From Eledone cirrhosa (Eukaryota), in the NCBI GenBank assembly GCA_964016885.1, contig OZ024742.1, forward strand, positions 245,024,001-245,088,000: a stretch of DNA of 64,000 nucleotides. Direction: 5' to 3'. The number at the start of each line of letters is the position of its first letter. Position 1 is the first letter of the stretch. The notes under the pieces were generated by a model. The model had not been told where the DNA came from. It saw only the letters and a list, made by a program, of their open reading frames with translations, and searched no databases. Positions 15,656-30,042 of the stretch are shown here, piece after piece. Made by a program: the position numbers and the translations under genes.

Positions 15656-18600
15656 CTAGGGCGGGTAAAATTCCTGAGATCCATGGATGAGTTCTCCCCT
15701 GCGGTCTCTGTCCTTCATCATCGCTGCTATGTCCCGCGTCTCCCAGAGGCCAGTGTCTGTCCTTAGGACATCAATATATGTCAACCTCGGTCTCCCTCTT
15801 CCAATGTGTTCGTGTAGGGGATCCCACTGGACCAATGAGAGCAGTGTCAGCGCTGAATGTCGGTGAGCATGTCCAGCTAACCTCAGTCTCCTCTGTGTCA
15901 CTTTCGAGCTGACTTTTGGGAGGCTCCCATACATCTCTGAGTACTTCATCCTCAGTGTATACTGATTAATGTTCAGAGCCATCCTCAGCATGCTCGTGTA
16001 GCACCTATCCACCATCTGAGTGAGTCTCTTGGTCAGTGTCCAAGTCTCAGACCCGTACAGCAGCACAGATTCCACGAAGAGACGGATCTTCAGGTCTTTA
16101 CGAAAGTCCGACTTCCACACCGATCTCAAACTGTGGCACATTGTTCAGGCTTTGCTCTTCCTCTCCACTACATCATCCTCTGTGTTCCCAATCTTTGTTC
16201 CAAAATACAGGAAGTCCTCAATCAGCTCTAGCGGCTTTCCAGCCACATTCATAATCTTCTCTGGCTCCTTGATGTTCTCTACCAGATACTTCGTCTTAAT
16301 CTCATTCATTCTCAGCCCTACACTCATCGACATAGTCTCCACATGTCGCATCAACTCCCCTGCCTCCTTCACTGTGTTTGTCACCAGAGCTATGTCGTCA
16401 GCAAATTCAGCATCTGATATCGTTTTAGCCTTAACTCTCCTGCTCTCAGCCGGTACTACAGTAAAGTCCGAGTCTTGGTGTTTCTCTAGTGCAAAGCGCA
16501 TACAATAGTCCACTGCGATGATGAAAAGGTAGGGCCCCAATGTATCGCCCTGGAGCACTCCAGTCAGTGTCTCAAAAAACTCCATCATCCCGTCTGGTGT
16601 AATAACCTGGGCTCTAGTGTTGGTATAGAGCAGTGATATCAGGTCCACTATCTTCTTGGGGATTCCATAAGCCTGTGAGATCTTCATCAGGCAGTCTCGG
16701 TCCACAGAAGCAAAGGCCTTCCTGAAGTCAATGAAAACCATGACAACAGGAACTCTCTTTGCTCTAGCTCCCTCTAAAATTCTCCTCAGCATCAGGATTT
16801 GACTGGTGGCTGATATTTTCTCCCTGAAGCCGTTCTGGTTGTCCTTGAGCGTCTCCATCTCGGACTGGATCCTGATATGAATCATCCTGTTAAGGGTCTT
16901 TGCCACAAATGACGTCAATGAGACCCTCCTTTAGTTGTTTAGTTGTCAGCGAGATGTTACTGATCCGCCACTGATCCGAGGTAACTCCTTTCTCTAGTAC
17001 CTGGTTACAGAACTCCAGGATGATATCATCAAAATCACACCTCTTCATCACCTCTGATGTCACTCCGTCTTCTCCATGGGCCTTACCCTTCTTGATCTTC
17101 TCTTTGGCTCTCTGAAGCTCTACTCTGGCGAAGGGTCATGTCTCAATATTTAGTTCCTTAAACAGCTGTTTTATCTCTGCGGTGTTCTGGGCTGTGGAAG
17201 GTGGCTCCCCAAGTAGGGTCTTAAAATGGCCCAGCCTCTTCCTATCCCCGAGTCCTGTTCCTCGGATCTGATTCGAACTCCCTCCCTTCCTCCCTATGAT
17301 CTCGTTGACGATCGTCCAGCTCTCATTATACTTACAACTGTCAACCGTTCTCTCTACACTTCTCATCTTCTCCATCAACACCTCCTTTCTGGCCTCAGTG
17401 TAAGCGACACAGAGTTCTTCTTTCCTCACCTCCACATTCTCCTTCCTCTCCTCCGTAGGATCAGCATGGAATTAGTCCTTGGCAGCTCTCAGGTGTCACT
17501 TTTGGGTCTGGAGAGCTGTTGTTCCTCCTCTCTCTCCTCGGCACCAGGGCCTCACTTGCTCTGCCACTGCAATGGTAAAGTACCCGTAACTCCTCATCAC
17601 ACTCTCCTCAGTTTCACCAATCTCTCTCTCCTCTGCCTCTTCACATAGAGCACTGAACCTGTTCCTCACTTCTACTGTGTACCTCTCTTGTAGCTTATCA
17701 TCTTCCTTGAAAACTCCCCAGTCATAGATCACTCTTCGGGGCTGAGCCTTACTCTTTCTTAAACTCACCCGGACCTCGCTCATAACAAGAAGGTGGTCAC
17801 TGCCAAGTTAAATAACTGTATGGCGCTGTGTTCAGAATACTATTCTGCCACTTTTTCCTCACCAGAATGAAATCAATCTGGGGCTTGGTCAGGTGTATAT
17901 CAGAGACATAGGTCCACATCTCTGGATTCTTCCTAAACCTTAGGTTGGTTGCCATCAGGTTCGCCTTTAACAAGGTGTCCCTCAGTAGTCTCCCGTTTCG
18001 GTTGGTGTTGTTATGGAGGTACCAGCAAGGATCTTCATTGCTCTCCTTACTCAGTTATGCATTGAAGTCACCCAGAACAAGCAGGATGTTGTGGGCTCTC
18101 GTGGTGTTGACAGTGGTGTTGGAACGCCTTTGAACTAACATCACTGTCCCCCTCAGTTGGACTATAGGCTGAGATGACTGTCAGCCTTGGGTTTCCATTG
18201 AAGGGCACCCTCAAAACTCGCGAAGAGACATGTATGATCTCCCTCACTAATAAGTGGCTCTTGTACTCAACACAAAACCCACTCCTCCGACTGCAGCATT
18301 AGTTGTGTTCTCACAGATGATGTGGCCATGAGCTGGCTCCTCTTTGCAATCACCATTCTCTTCACATGCTCATCATGTGTTCTTGGATCGCAAGGATCTG
18401 CATACAACTCTCCTCGAACAGATGACCCAACTCCTCTCTTTTCTCCAACGTCCGAACAGTCCTCACAATCAGAGTGCCGATTTTAATGACTCTTCTGTAG
18501 GACGAAACTGTATTCTCTATATTTTTCTGTAGTGTCTCAGAAACAGCCCATCCATCATCCACTGGCCCTCCCTACGGCTCTAAACCAGCAGAGTCATAAC

Positions 18601-18877
18601 GACTAGACTGCTCCTTGATAGTGTAGTTAGGGGCTCTAACCCTAGTGCTGTTAAATGTACTCTCCATTGTTCTTTTCAATGGTTGACAACACCTTACCAG
18701 CGCCATTCGAGTAAGGTAATTATTTAACCCATAAATGGGGCCCTAACAGGTACTACAGCCACGGGCCAGAGCACACCTGGGAGAGATAATGATTAAGTGA
18801 TAACCCCACATCCCTCATAGCTCTTGAACTCCCGAACACTGGAGCCTTGCCACTGGGTGCAGTTTAATGTCATGCCC

Positions 18878-18880
<3 letters not shown>
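15656..18880 (-). mobile_element. Near full-length decayed RTE-clade LINE
   Basis: EN start (IGTLIVRT..LAIQEH), RT motifs QNGFRE, FIDFRKAF, GVLQGDTLGPYLF, FADDIAL, C-terminal ESVLLYGSETWTLT, RRLRLAGH, GRGRPRLTYID; multiple stops; RTE-type 5'UTR at ~18720-18880. Confidence 0.88.
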
Positions 18881-18922
<42 letters not shown>

Positions 18923-19141
18923 CGAAACACACACACAACGTCATGCTCATTGCTTCGATGAGTTATTCATATCAACACTGCATAGAGTTCCAATAGGGTT
19001 ATAAGTTTTACCTTAATTGAATAGAATATTAAGTGTTTGTATATATGTGTATATGTATATTCCAGAAAATATCATATTTTCACTAGCTCTTACAGTTGGC
19101 AGGTAAGCCGTATACGGTATTGTTGAAGGGTAATACCCAGA

Positions 19142-19560
19142 AACATTAGTGTCTGCCGTTCTGTGTATATGCCAACATTAGTGTCTGCCGTTCTGTGTAT
19201 ATGCCAACATTAGTGTCTGTCGTTCTGTGTATATGCCAACATTAGTGTCTGCCGTTCTGTGTATATGCCAACATTAGTGTCTGCCGTTCTGTGTATATGC
19301 CAACATTAGTGTCTGCCGTTCTGTGTATATGCCAACATTAGTGTCTGTCGTTCTGTGTATATGCCAACATTAGTGTCTGTCGTTCTGTGTATATGCCAAC
19401 ATTAGTGTCTGCCGTTCTGTGTATATGCCAACATTAGTGTCTGCCGTTCTGTGTATATGCCAACATTAGTGTCTGCCGTTCTGTGTATATGCCAACATTA
19501 GTGTCTGTCGTTCTGTGTATATGCCAACATTAGTGTCTGCCGTTCTGTGTATATGCCAAC
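19142..19560. repeat. Minisatellite, 32-bp unit x13
   Basis: Unit aacattagtgtctg[c/t]cgttctgtgtatatgcc. Confidence 0.95.
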
Positions 19561-19770
19561 ACAAGAGTAAGAATGATGGGGTCATTCAACTTACATGGCT
19601 TAAAGAGGCTGTTTGCATAATTGCAAACGAATCAAATATTATTATTAATATTTGAAAAGCTCACATTTCCATTTCCTATATATGTATATATATATATATA
19701 ACAGTGAGTGTGTTCTGTTATTAATTCTGGCAATATTATTACAACAATATGACCCTCCCCAAGTATAACA

Positions 19771-19805
<35 letters not shown>

Positions 19806-19809
<4 letters not shown>

Positions 19810-20200
19810 TGCTTTGGGAGGGTCATGTTGCCAATAAGAGACACACGCACCATTGCTTTCACTTCAATTTATTATAAATTAAATTTATAAATTTAAGAAT
19901 TTATAAATTTCCGGTTGGTTGGTTCCAAACCAGACGATTGTTCATGTATTGCCAAAGTTCTTTCGTCACACATTATGTGACCTCTTCAGTGACTGGAGAT
20001 TATTTTCTTTATTTTTCTGTCTCTCCTTTGTTCTGTCCTACGCCATCTTGTTTATGTGTGTGTTGTGTGCTTAGTTTGCGCATGTGTTACATCCGGGTGT
20101 CTGTGTGTGTTTATATTTGTTTATTTCCCAAAGCATAACAATATCGGTTTCAACACACGTTTTCAGATAAAGAATCTTGCTAAACAAATTCAGAAACGAT
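19806..20200 (-). mobile_element. Penelope-like pseudo-LTR fragment (family D) with HHR at 19951-19993
   Basis: Matches 35822-36140; minus strand gtca-CTGAAGA-ggtcacataatgtgtgac-GAAA-gaac-TT^-tggc. Confidence 0.7.
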
Positions 20201-20439
20201 ATATATATATATATATATATATATAGGAAATGTAAATGTGAGCTTATATATATATAGTGTGCGTATATTCATAGGTGGTCAGGACTTCAATGATATAATA
20301 GTGGAGACCGTGTTGGTCAGCCGTAAGATTGCGTCACAATTAGAGCTTGAATGGAAATTCGAAGCGAAGTAGTAAACACCTGCATAACATGAAAAACAAT
20401 CTTTAGTGGAGCTTATTGGCTTAAACGAATGAGTCACTT

Positions 20440-20491
<52 letters not shown>

Positions 20492-21224
20492 TATATTTTA
20501 AAGTTAATGATTTAAATGACTCATGTATAGGTACATAGGCGCGAGTGTAATAAATTTCGACAGGTAAACGTGAATTTTTAAATTATTTGATGGAACAGCT
20601 GTGTGAGTGTGTGTGTTGATTTAGTGATTGGCTGCGATTGTGTAGAAATCAGTGAGAGAAAGGAGGAGGAAGGAGAGAGTGAGAAAGGGGGAGGAAGGAG
20701 AGAGAGAAAGGGGTTATGTGTAAGTGATTAGCAGATGTTAAGAATGTCTAACTACAAATTGTATTACGTTTGTGCACATTTCTCTCTCTCTCTGAATATA
20801 ATTATGTATGTGTATGTGTGTATGTATACATATATGTATATATATATGTACATATATGTATACATATATGTGTATATGTATACACATGTATGTATATATG
20901 TATATGTGTGTATATATATATATATGCATATGTATATATATGTATGTATATTCTTTTACTCTTTTAAAAGACTATACATATATATACATATATACATACA
21001 TATATATACAGATGCATATACACATATATGTATATCTACATGTGTATATGTATATGTACGTATATATATAAATATATATATATATGAGTATGTGTATATA
21101 TATCTATATGACTATGTGTATATATGATATGTGTATATATATCTATATGACTATCCAGGAAGCTCCGACCGTTAAGGTTGTCTTTTTTCCGGGTATGTCA
21201 ATATTTATTTATAAAACAAATCTG

Positions 21225-21290
21225 TATTTTATCTGATGAAAGCGCACCATAATTTGCCTTGGTTGCCCTTGAAATATATATAATAAAATA
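21225..21290 (+). ncRNA. Type I hammerhead ribozyme motif (family B)
   Basis: TATTTTAT-CTGATGA-aagcgcacca..tggttgccctt-GAAA-TATATA-TA^-ATAAAATA; 8-bp helix I, palindromic helix III. Confidence 0.75.
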
Positions 21291-21508
21291 AATATGGTTT
21301 TATAAATGTAGTTTCCATTTATTAATATATTGTATATCTATATCTATATATATATAGTTACATATACTGTATGTGTATATATATATATTTTTATATAAAT
21401 GCATGTGTATATATATATATATATAGTAATAATAATTTATTTGAAGACTAAAATCCCGTTAAGGGTGAAAGCAGCGATTCTTTGCTTAAACATTAATCTG
21501 TTATTTTA

Positions 21509-21563
<55 letters not shown>

Positions 21564-21905
21564 TATATGGACCTTTCCATTTCATTTTACATTATATACA
21601 TGTCTGTGTATATTTCAATTATTAAAAATATTTTTTGAAGTGAACGTGACCCAGCGGGCCAAGGGTGTTCTAGTATTTTTATATATGTGTGTACATATAT
21701 ATACTAAACTGGCAACCCCAAGAAGCTTTCTTGCAGAGGAGGGTGATTTTAGATATCGGGATGAAAAGAAAAAACCCGTTAAAGGGCGGAATAACTCAGG
21801 AGAGTCAATGGCCGTCCAATAGCATGTATATATGTATATATGTATATATATCTTTACATATATATATATATATATATATACACAAATATTCTATGTGTAT
21901 ATATT

Positions 21906-21975
<70 letters not shown>

Positions 21976-22056
21976 AAAGGTAAACAGAAATAACAACACA
22001 ATCTGTACAGTATATGGAAGGTATATATTAGGTTAACGCTTGATATAGCAGGAAGA

Positions 22057-22096
22057 GGGTTTTAACGTTTCGGACGCCAGTCCTTCATCAGAAGAA
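22057..22096 (-). ncRNA. Minimal hammerhead motif (family E), weak helix I
   Basis: Minus: CTGATGA-a-GGAC tggc GTCC-GAAA-cgt-TA; decayed relatives near 57865-57895 and 60450-60485. Confidence 0.5.
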
Positions 22097-22302
22097 AGAA
22101 TGAGAAATAAAATAGATTGAGGGGACGGGCCGGATGGAATCTGTTTACCTTTTACAAACATATATATATCAACGCTTACATGGACCTCTCAAAATTCGTT
22201 GGATTTTCTGATTGGACTTTCACCTCGAAACTGGATACCAACCCAGAGTACACCTGAACTTCCACTAGGAAATCTTTCGTATCTTTGAAATTTTCTTTGC
22301 TT

Positions 22303-22340
<38 letters not shown>

Positions 22341-22343
<3 letters not shown>

Positions 22344-23538
22344 ATGTGATATATCTTGAGTTTGCGAAGGCCTTTGACAAGGTCGACCACGGAATGATAT
22401 GTCACAAACTACACAGACTCGGCATAACTGGAAAAGTAGGTGAGTGGCTGCATGATTCCTTAAAAGACAGAAGCCAAGCAGTTGCACCCAATGGGGCCCT
22501 CTCAAAGGAAATATCAGTACTAAGTGGGTTGCCCCAGGGCACAGTCTTGGGACCACTACTTTTTTGGTGGCTCTCTCAGACATGCCCTCTGTATTACATA
22601 CAACATCCCTCACTAGCTATGCTGATGATACAAAGGTAGCACAGGCAATCAAAAACCCGACTGATGCTGCCCTTTTACAACAAGATCTGGATGCCATATA
22701 CAAATGTGTTGAGGACAACAACATGCTGTTTAATGCTGGAAAATTTCAAGCCCTACAATACCAACCAGCTAACACAAATACAGTACAACACAGCTACACC
22801 GGGCCAAGAGGGATCGAAATGGATACGTGCCCTCGGGATAGACATGAGCGACGATGCATCTTTTTCTTCACACATCATGAGGGTCGCGACAATGGGCAGA
22901 CGACTCGCTGGCTGGATCTTGAGGACTTTCTGGACACGTGACCGAGAGATACTATGGAGGATATTTGTCCTAAGCCGACTGGACTACTGCTCCCAACTGT
23001 GATCACCCCATAGTATCAAACTAACCATGGAGCTTGAGGCAATCCAACGAAGCTACACCAAGAGCTGGGAGAGGCTGAAAGAACTGAAACTCTACTCTTT
23101 GGAACGAGACGGGAGTGATACGCAGTGATATACATATGGAAAATCCTGAAGGGACTAGCACCAAACTTTGGCATTGAGAGCTGGACCAACCCCCGAACAG
23201 GACGTCACTGTGTGGTGCCAAAGGTCCCGCCTTTCACATCTATAATAAGGAGCTTATATTGCAATAGCCTGGGGTTCAAAGGCCCTCAACTTTTTAACAA
23301 CCGGCCAAGAAATTTGAGAGATCTGCATGGTGTGGACGTGGATGTTTTCAAGAAACATATTGACACTCTGCTATCCACGATCCCAGATGAGCCCACAGCA
23401 CGGCATGAAGGTAACCCAAAGGTTGCAGCAAGAACTCCCTCTCACACCAATGGCCATAGGTAGGAGATAGAACGTGTAGCAACAAGGGCGGTGCCCCAGT
23501 ATGGCCTCAGCCGGATGGCTGGAACAGGTAAAAGAGTA
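22341..23538 (+). mobile_element. Decayed 3' part of a CR1/L2-group LINE related to the one at 429-3240
   Basis: [45 protein letters not shown]; frameshifts; (TA)n on both sides. Confidence 0.88.
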
Positions 23539-23654
23539 TATATATATATATATATATAGTCTTTCTATTCTTTTATTCTTTTATTTTCATATACATTCAT
23601 GTATGTGTATGTGTGTGCGTCATGCGTGTGTGGGTGTATGTAATATATATGTAT

Positions 23655-24480
23655 ATGGCTGAGGAGATGTCAACCCCATCCAGCGAGTCTCCAGGCTGCA
23701 ATTAGTAGAATTACCTGAAGTTATCAGGTCAGTTGCGAATATGGAAATAGGCAGTCCTGGAACAAAACCGGGTGACCCTTTGGCAAGACATAGTCTCTGA
23801 AAGCCACCAGGGGTATGGTGAAGCCATGAGAAGCAGCATGGTGGATGTGTCATTCAGCTGAGGAACTCTTAGAAGTCAATGGTGAGTGATAAACATGATG
23901 TTGAACAAAAGAACTATACTAAAAGTCAACGGTCAAGATCACCAAGTTCAATTAGCGAACATCTACCCGTATTTGTGGCGGTGGCGTGTGCAATTTGTAT
24001 CACTCAGCTAACGAAAAGTCAATAACAACTCTAAATACAAGACATTCATACTGCATCGCTCGTCGCGCGGATCACCATGGAACGCGTGACGGGGTGTTGA
24101 GCCTGGCACCGGATATCGAAAAGTATGCTACTGAACCAAACTTATTAAAAGGCAAGACGATTACCTATATATCTACTTTCAACGTTCGGATTCTAAACAG
24201 CAAGTGTCAACCCTTAGAATTAACAGCATCGGCTATTGAACATACTATCGATATTACTTGAATTCAAGAACATCGTTATTTCTATGATGACCTCAACTTG
24301 ATACACCATGACTTTCGGAAGAGCTAAACTCTGATAACAGCATCCCCGTGGAAGAATGCATCAAACAGTTCCATTGGAGGGTTAGGATTGCTACTCAGTC
24401 ATTGAGCATCATCTTCCTTTACCGGTTCCGAGAAGATTTTTCCTCGATTAGTAATCGCTAGCTTCATAAGAATTCTAGTT
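23655..24480 (+). mobile_element. RTE-type LINE 5' region with endonuclease N-terminus (decayed)
   Basis: TYISTFNVRILN..ELTASAIEHTIDIT*IQEHR. Confidence 0.65.
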
Positions 24481-24750
24481 TGATCTTTTTCCCGGTATCT
24501 CAAAATGTTCTATCGATAAGTTTCGTTATTAAACTATCTCGAGCGATCATGAGTCCATGGAAGATTTTTACAAGCAAAAGAGGGAGGAGATGGTTGAATA
24601 TATATGTGTGTATATATTGCAAGTTCAACGCTCAAACCATTAAGGCATGTGTGTGTGTATATATATATATATATTACCCACTCTACTACCCTAAGTATTG
24701 AGTACTCTGGTGCGTTATGGTCCATCTGGTTCCTTGCCGCAACTCCTTCG

Positions 24751-24785
<35 letters not shown>

Positions 24786-24869
24786 TGCATACATTTATAC
24801 ATACGTGTGTGAATTACGTATAGCTAAAGATATACGGTATGTTTAATAAATAAACATTTGAAAGCCTAG

Positions 24870-25252
24870 CTATGAATATTGAAAGGTTGACGGCCAGCGC
24901 CGTCTAGCGGATTCCAGCAGAAGAAGCTGGGGACAACTGTCTATGCGCATTTCGAGCTTCTGGCCCTCATCAGGACAGTGCTTCCCCTACCCTCTGCTTG
25001 TTCCCCGCTGCAATGGGTGTCCCTTAATCGGATCAGCACAACACATGGTAGGACGGCTCATCATCTCCATCGATGGAAAATAAAAGACATCACAGCATGT
25101 GACTGTGGGGACCCTGATCAGACAGGACTGCCCCCTCAGATGTTTTGCCGGCAGCCTGGAGGCAATCCATAATGCTACAAATGACGCCTTGGTCTGGATC
25201 ACCCACTCGACCTGCCTCACTAGCTACTGTGCATATGTCATACGACAAGAAG
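24870..25252 (+). mobile_element. Vingi/Ingi-like LINE 3' fragment
   Basis: WVSLNRISTTHGRTAHHLHRW..CDCGDPDQT..CPLR zinc-knuckle region; ends catacgacaagaag. Confidence 0.6.
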
Positions 25253-25254
25253 TT

Positions 25255-27800
25255 CCAATAGCGTCTGCAAGGTCTGCATGTTTATTGATCTTTCCAATTT
25301 TCTTTTCAGCCACATTGTAGTTTTGAAGGATTATAATATCAATTAGAGTCTATTGGGGGTGGGGTGGGGTGGGGGGTTACAACAATATCAGAGAGATTGT
25401 GTTGAACTTTGTTTGTGGTCTGGGTCCCAAGGTCCTCAAATAACTCTACTCCTTCACACGATAGACAGGATTCAAGAGAAGTGTGTTCGTACTATTGACA
25501 TTGAATTTCTATGTTGTATTTTTTTAACAACTCCCGATGGACTCTTTTTGCTATAAGATCTTGCCGGATTTTATAACGTCTTTTTGTTAACAAGTCGTCC
25601 TTCAGAACTTCTTTGAGTAGTAGTTCTTCAGTTAATATTAGATATCCCCACAAGCTGTTGCACTCACTATGTACGCATTGCTCAACCGAAATTAAATCTC
25701 TCCCACCTTCCTTTCTCTTAAGGTACAGTCTTGCAATATTTTCCCTTGGGTGTAAGCACGTTAATGTCTTTCGTGTGAATCTATCAATTCTTTCAAGGTC
25801 TTATTTCCTCTAATCAACTATTCCAACACTATACCTCACTATTCCCAAAGCCTACTGTTTTATTCCCGATGTTATATTTCCTGTATACAGTTCTGACTTG
25901 GACAATTTTCTCACCCTCCTGATGTACTACTTTTCAATTTTTTCCTTCATTTTTCCTGTTCTAAGTCCTACATTCTACACGACCAAGTATTTGTGACCTG
26001 TTTCTTCAATTTGGGACATTCTTTCACCATCAGGCATTTCAATACCATCAATTTGCCCTTTTTCATTGTCAATGTTTTGCACCTGTCTAAACCGAACTTT
26101 ATGCGTATGTCATCATATACAATCGTCACTGTGTAGTTAAGGGAATGAATTTCTCTTTCATTACGGCCATACAATTTTAAATTGTCCATGAACATGTTGT
26201 TGAACATGATGTTATCCGCTACACCTTCAAATCAAGGGCTTCCTTTTAACCTTTTAACCAAGAGTGGGAGACCATATTGTAGGCTTTCTTGTAATCTATG
26301 AAAGCCATTTGCTAAATTCTTCTTCGTTCCCTTGCAATTCCTTAGAAGCCCATTATCAATTAATAACTAGTCTTTTATTCCCCTTGACCCTCTACGACAC
26401 CCTATCTGCTCATTTGGGAGGAGATTCCCCCCTTCGAGATATTTGTATACCTGATTCCCAATAATCCCAGTCAACAGTTCCAAATGATTAGCAGGCACGC
26501 TATTGGTTGGTAATTGGCAGTCACATTTCCCTTCGATTTCTCCTTCACTATAAGGACTGTTCGACTCTTGGTCATTATTCAAGTGCTTAGCTATCCTATC
26601 ACGTATATTGCTCATTTTCTTGGAAGCCGTCGGGGCCAAATGCCTTCCAGCTTGCCATTCCTGTAACAAACTATTTAACATCACTGGAGTAAATTCTGAT
26701 GTTATCTAGTTTCACATTCTGGTTTAGTTGATGTTTTACTCTCTGAAGCCCCTCTGTTTCATCATTATGAGAAGGTATTCCCTAGATGTTGTTCGAAAAT
26801 TCACTTGCCTCAACTGGATCAGGAAGCACGTTCTTCGTTTCGCCTTTACCATTGAGTTCTTTATAAAACTGACAAGGGTTTGATCGAAGAAGTTTATTTT
26901 GATAGCATTGCTGTTGTTGACTTTTGTCTGAAGTTGACTCCCCACACCAATATAACCTACAGCTTCAAGATCATATTTATTGTTCAAAGTCAAAATTTCC
27001 TTAGAAGTCAGATTTATGATTCATCTTCTTTAATTCTTCCAGGAGACTAAGATGTTTTCTCCAGTCAATGATGTCCCTCCCAGCCATGTTGCCAGTTTCT
27101 ATTTTTCCCTGTTTGCTCTTTTTGCCCTTTTGAGGGGTTTTAACTCTCAGTCTCTCGGCAACTAATAATACTGCACTGGTAAGCAGCTTATGTGTTTCAG
27201 TAATGTTGTTAGTTTTTACAATACCTATAATGTTGTTGACTGATTCTATCTCATCCTTGATCTTTTTACATTTGATGTTTTTTTTATGGACGGGATCACT
27301 GGTGGTAAGTCACCCTGATAGGCATCTTTTAACCTTGCTAATAAATTCATTTCATGGTCAGTCATCAGTCAACACCCTGATGTTACCATTGTCATTATCA
27401 ATGTCTAACGTCTGGAGTTTCACCGCTGGTTCGGCTGCATGAGATGACATGGTACCTTGTACTTCCTCAATCCAATGATGTTTTCTCTAATAGCAAGTTC
27501 TTCAAACTCGTTAACCGAGTCCCCCTCTTCCAGATCTTCTTTGTTCACTTCATTATTCAAGACCCTAGCGCCTGCTTCTGCATGGACTATGGGATGGGAC
27601 TCTACTAGTTCTACTCTGGACAATACCTTCTTGGTTCTAATGTTTCTAATCTGAACAGCTAGCATTTGTGAAGAAAGTTCTCTCATCCCGCTTTCCATCC
27701 ACCATTTATGCATCCTTTTCATATATTCTGCTTCCTATGGATCACTTCTAACTTAGCATTCTCATAATACCTTAATCTCAGCCTGGGTCCACTTAGTCAG
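25255..27800 (-). mobile_element. Decayed R4/Dong-like non-LTR retrotransposon
   Basis: N-terminal MKRMHKWW..SQMLAVQIRNI; LLPNEQIGCRRGSRGIKD; FMDNLKLYGRNEREIHSL..FGLDRC; RLE-like remnants near 25260-25460. Confidence 0.7.
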
Positions 27801-27919
27801 GCATCATAATCGGATGATGAAACTGGGCCATTGAAATATGTATAGTATTTTCGCGGAATTAAAATATATTTCTCCACGATCCGATTACATTAAAGTGCAG
27901 TGTACCCCAAACGCCATCA

Positions 27920-29775
27920 AAATTGGAACCAAATCTAAGTTTAAATTTACAATAGCGTGTTGCAATATCAGAACACTTTTTGACACGGCATACAGCAACC
28001 GCCCCTAGCGCCGTTCGGCCTCAGTCGCTCACGAACTCCTTAGACCGGGCATCAATGTTGCAGCACTCTGTAAATTCGTCTTTCTCAAGACGGTAGCCTG
28101 AATGAGCAGAGTGCTGGAGGTGGGGATCAAAGGAGGAGAAACCTTTTGTAAGAGTTAGCTTCAATGTCAGAGCCTCCATCGCCTCTAAACTGTCTCACCA
28201 TTCAATAAACCAGTGACAGCATCATGTCCATGCACTTTCCAGTAGATGGCCGGCAGCATGCCATTTGTATTAGTGTCTACACTCAGACCCTTCAGGTAGA
28301 TCCCGTGGACAAGGACAGATTCTACTTAGATTTGACGAATGTCCTGCGAGCCACCCTTGCTTATAACAACGTTATCATACTCGGAGACTTCAACCCAAGA
28401 GGAGGCTTTGACGTTGAAACATGGAAGGGTGTGGTTGGGAAACTGCAGTGACAACGGATGGTTACTTCTGAAACTCTGTGCTGAGCAGGAGTTTGTCATT
28501 ACAAACACCATCTTTCAACAGAAAACCGGCTAAAAACGACTTGATGCACCCATAGTCCAAACACTGACACCTAATCGACGACATAATTATATGACAGCGT
28601 GACCTGAAGGATGTGTATCACACCAGGGTGATGCCAAGTGCAGAATGTCAAACAGACCATCGTCTAGCTCAACATCCATTCTAAGCCTACACCTAAGATG
28701 AGAAATGCTTCTCAGAGGAAACTGTATGTTGGTAACCTCCTCACAAGCTCAAGAAAAATAAAGATCCACCATGACATGCGGCTCAAACTTGAAGGCAACG
28801 ACTACCCAACTGACTTATCACTCCCAAAACATTAACACTGTTTTGCTGACTGTCCAGAAATCACTTGGATTCTCATCAAAGAAAAACCAAGACTAGTTTG
28901 ATGAGAATTACAGGGAAATCTAGGAGCTCATGCTCATTGATGAGAAGAAGTCAGCGCACTAGGCTAACGCGATCCACCCATCCTGCTCTCAGAAGAAGGT
29001 AGCCTTCCGCCTCACCTGTAGTAAGTTCCAGGAAATTCAAAACAAGTGGTGGACCAGACATGCAGAGAAAATTCAGACATATGCCCTCACCGGGAATTTA
29101 TTCAATCAAGCCCTGAAAGCAACCTACGGAATAACCTACTTGACATTGTGCCCGCTTTGAAGCTCAAATGGAAAGGTCTGCTAACTGACAGGGACTCGGT
29201 TCTGGTCCGCTGGTCTGAACACTTTCAAAGTCTCTTCAGTGCCAATTACGTGGTCCATGATACAGCAATTGACTCCATTACACAGCTACCTGTGGAATAT
29301 GAGCTTGAAAAGCTTCCAACTCTCCGGGAAACCATACAAGTCATTTAGTTGCGGAAGCCTAGCAAAGATCCATGTGTTGACGGTATTCCGCCAGAGCAAG
29401 GTTTCCCAAACTATTTCAAACGTGGAACTCTTTTTGGTTCAGAAATGTTTGGTGGAACCCCAAAGTCTAATACTGTTATATGGTCGTAATATAAAAATAA
29501 AATCCTCTACCTTTTTTTCATGGAACCCCAGACACTCCTCTGTGGAACCTATTTTGGGAACCACGGCCCCAGAGGTTTTGATCAATGGTAGTACCTCCCT
29601 TCACTTCAGGCTCCACGAATTCTTTATCTGTTGCTGGAAGCAATGCAATCATTATCACCCGTTACAAAAACAAGGGAGGAAAAGCTGATTGCTCCAATTA
29701 CAGAGGCAGGAAACTTCCTGACCGGAATCCTGCTCAACAAGCTAACACTTACCATTGCTGAGGACCACCTCTCTG
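27920..29775 (+). mobile_element. Decayed RTE (BovB-like) LINE, EN to start of RT
   Basis: ACCNIRTLFD, ISVYTQT, IILGDFN, VITNTIFQQ, RWSEHFQSLF, DGIPPE|VL. Confidence 0.8.
29397..29566. mobile_element. hAT-type MITE (~170 bp) nested in the RTE
   Basis: Imperfect TIRs caaggtttcccaaact / attttgggaaccacgg; 8-bp TSD cgccagag / ccccagag; removal restores DGIPPEVLING. Confidence 0.72.
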
Positions 29776-29964
29776 TATGTGTATAGGAAAATTCATATTT
29801 TCTGGCATTTTTACATGCCCACATATTAGATATGCGTATATATTTATGTACGTTGGTGCTGTCTCGGTCACACACTCTGTATTTATACAGATATAACTTT
29901 ATCATATAATTCTACTGCTGGCGCAATTCTTAACACCCCTCCCTACATACATATATGTATACCC

Positions 29965-29996
<32 letters not shown>

Positions 29997-30042
29997 CGTA
30001 AAATAAGAAAATTATAAAATTAACTTACTTACTAAAATTTCA

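Noticed and set aside
19142-19560. Possible CRISPR array (32-bp repeats)
   Set aside because: Units are head-to-tail with no spacers, there are no cas genes, and the context is eukaryotic
20560-20740. Possible promoter (attgg box, GA-rich stretch); similar CT-rich block at 53930-54340
   Set aside because: No supportable exon or transcript start; low-complexity sequence
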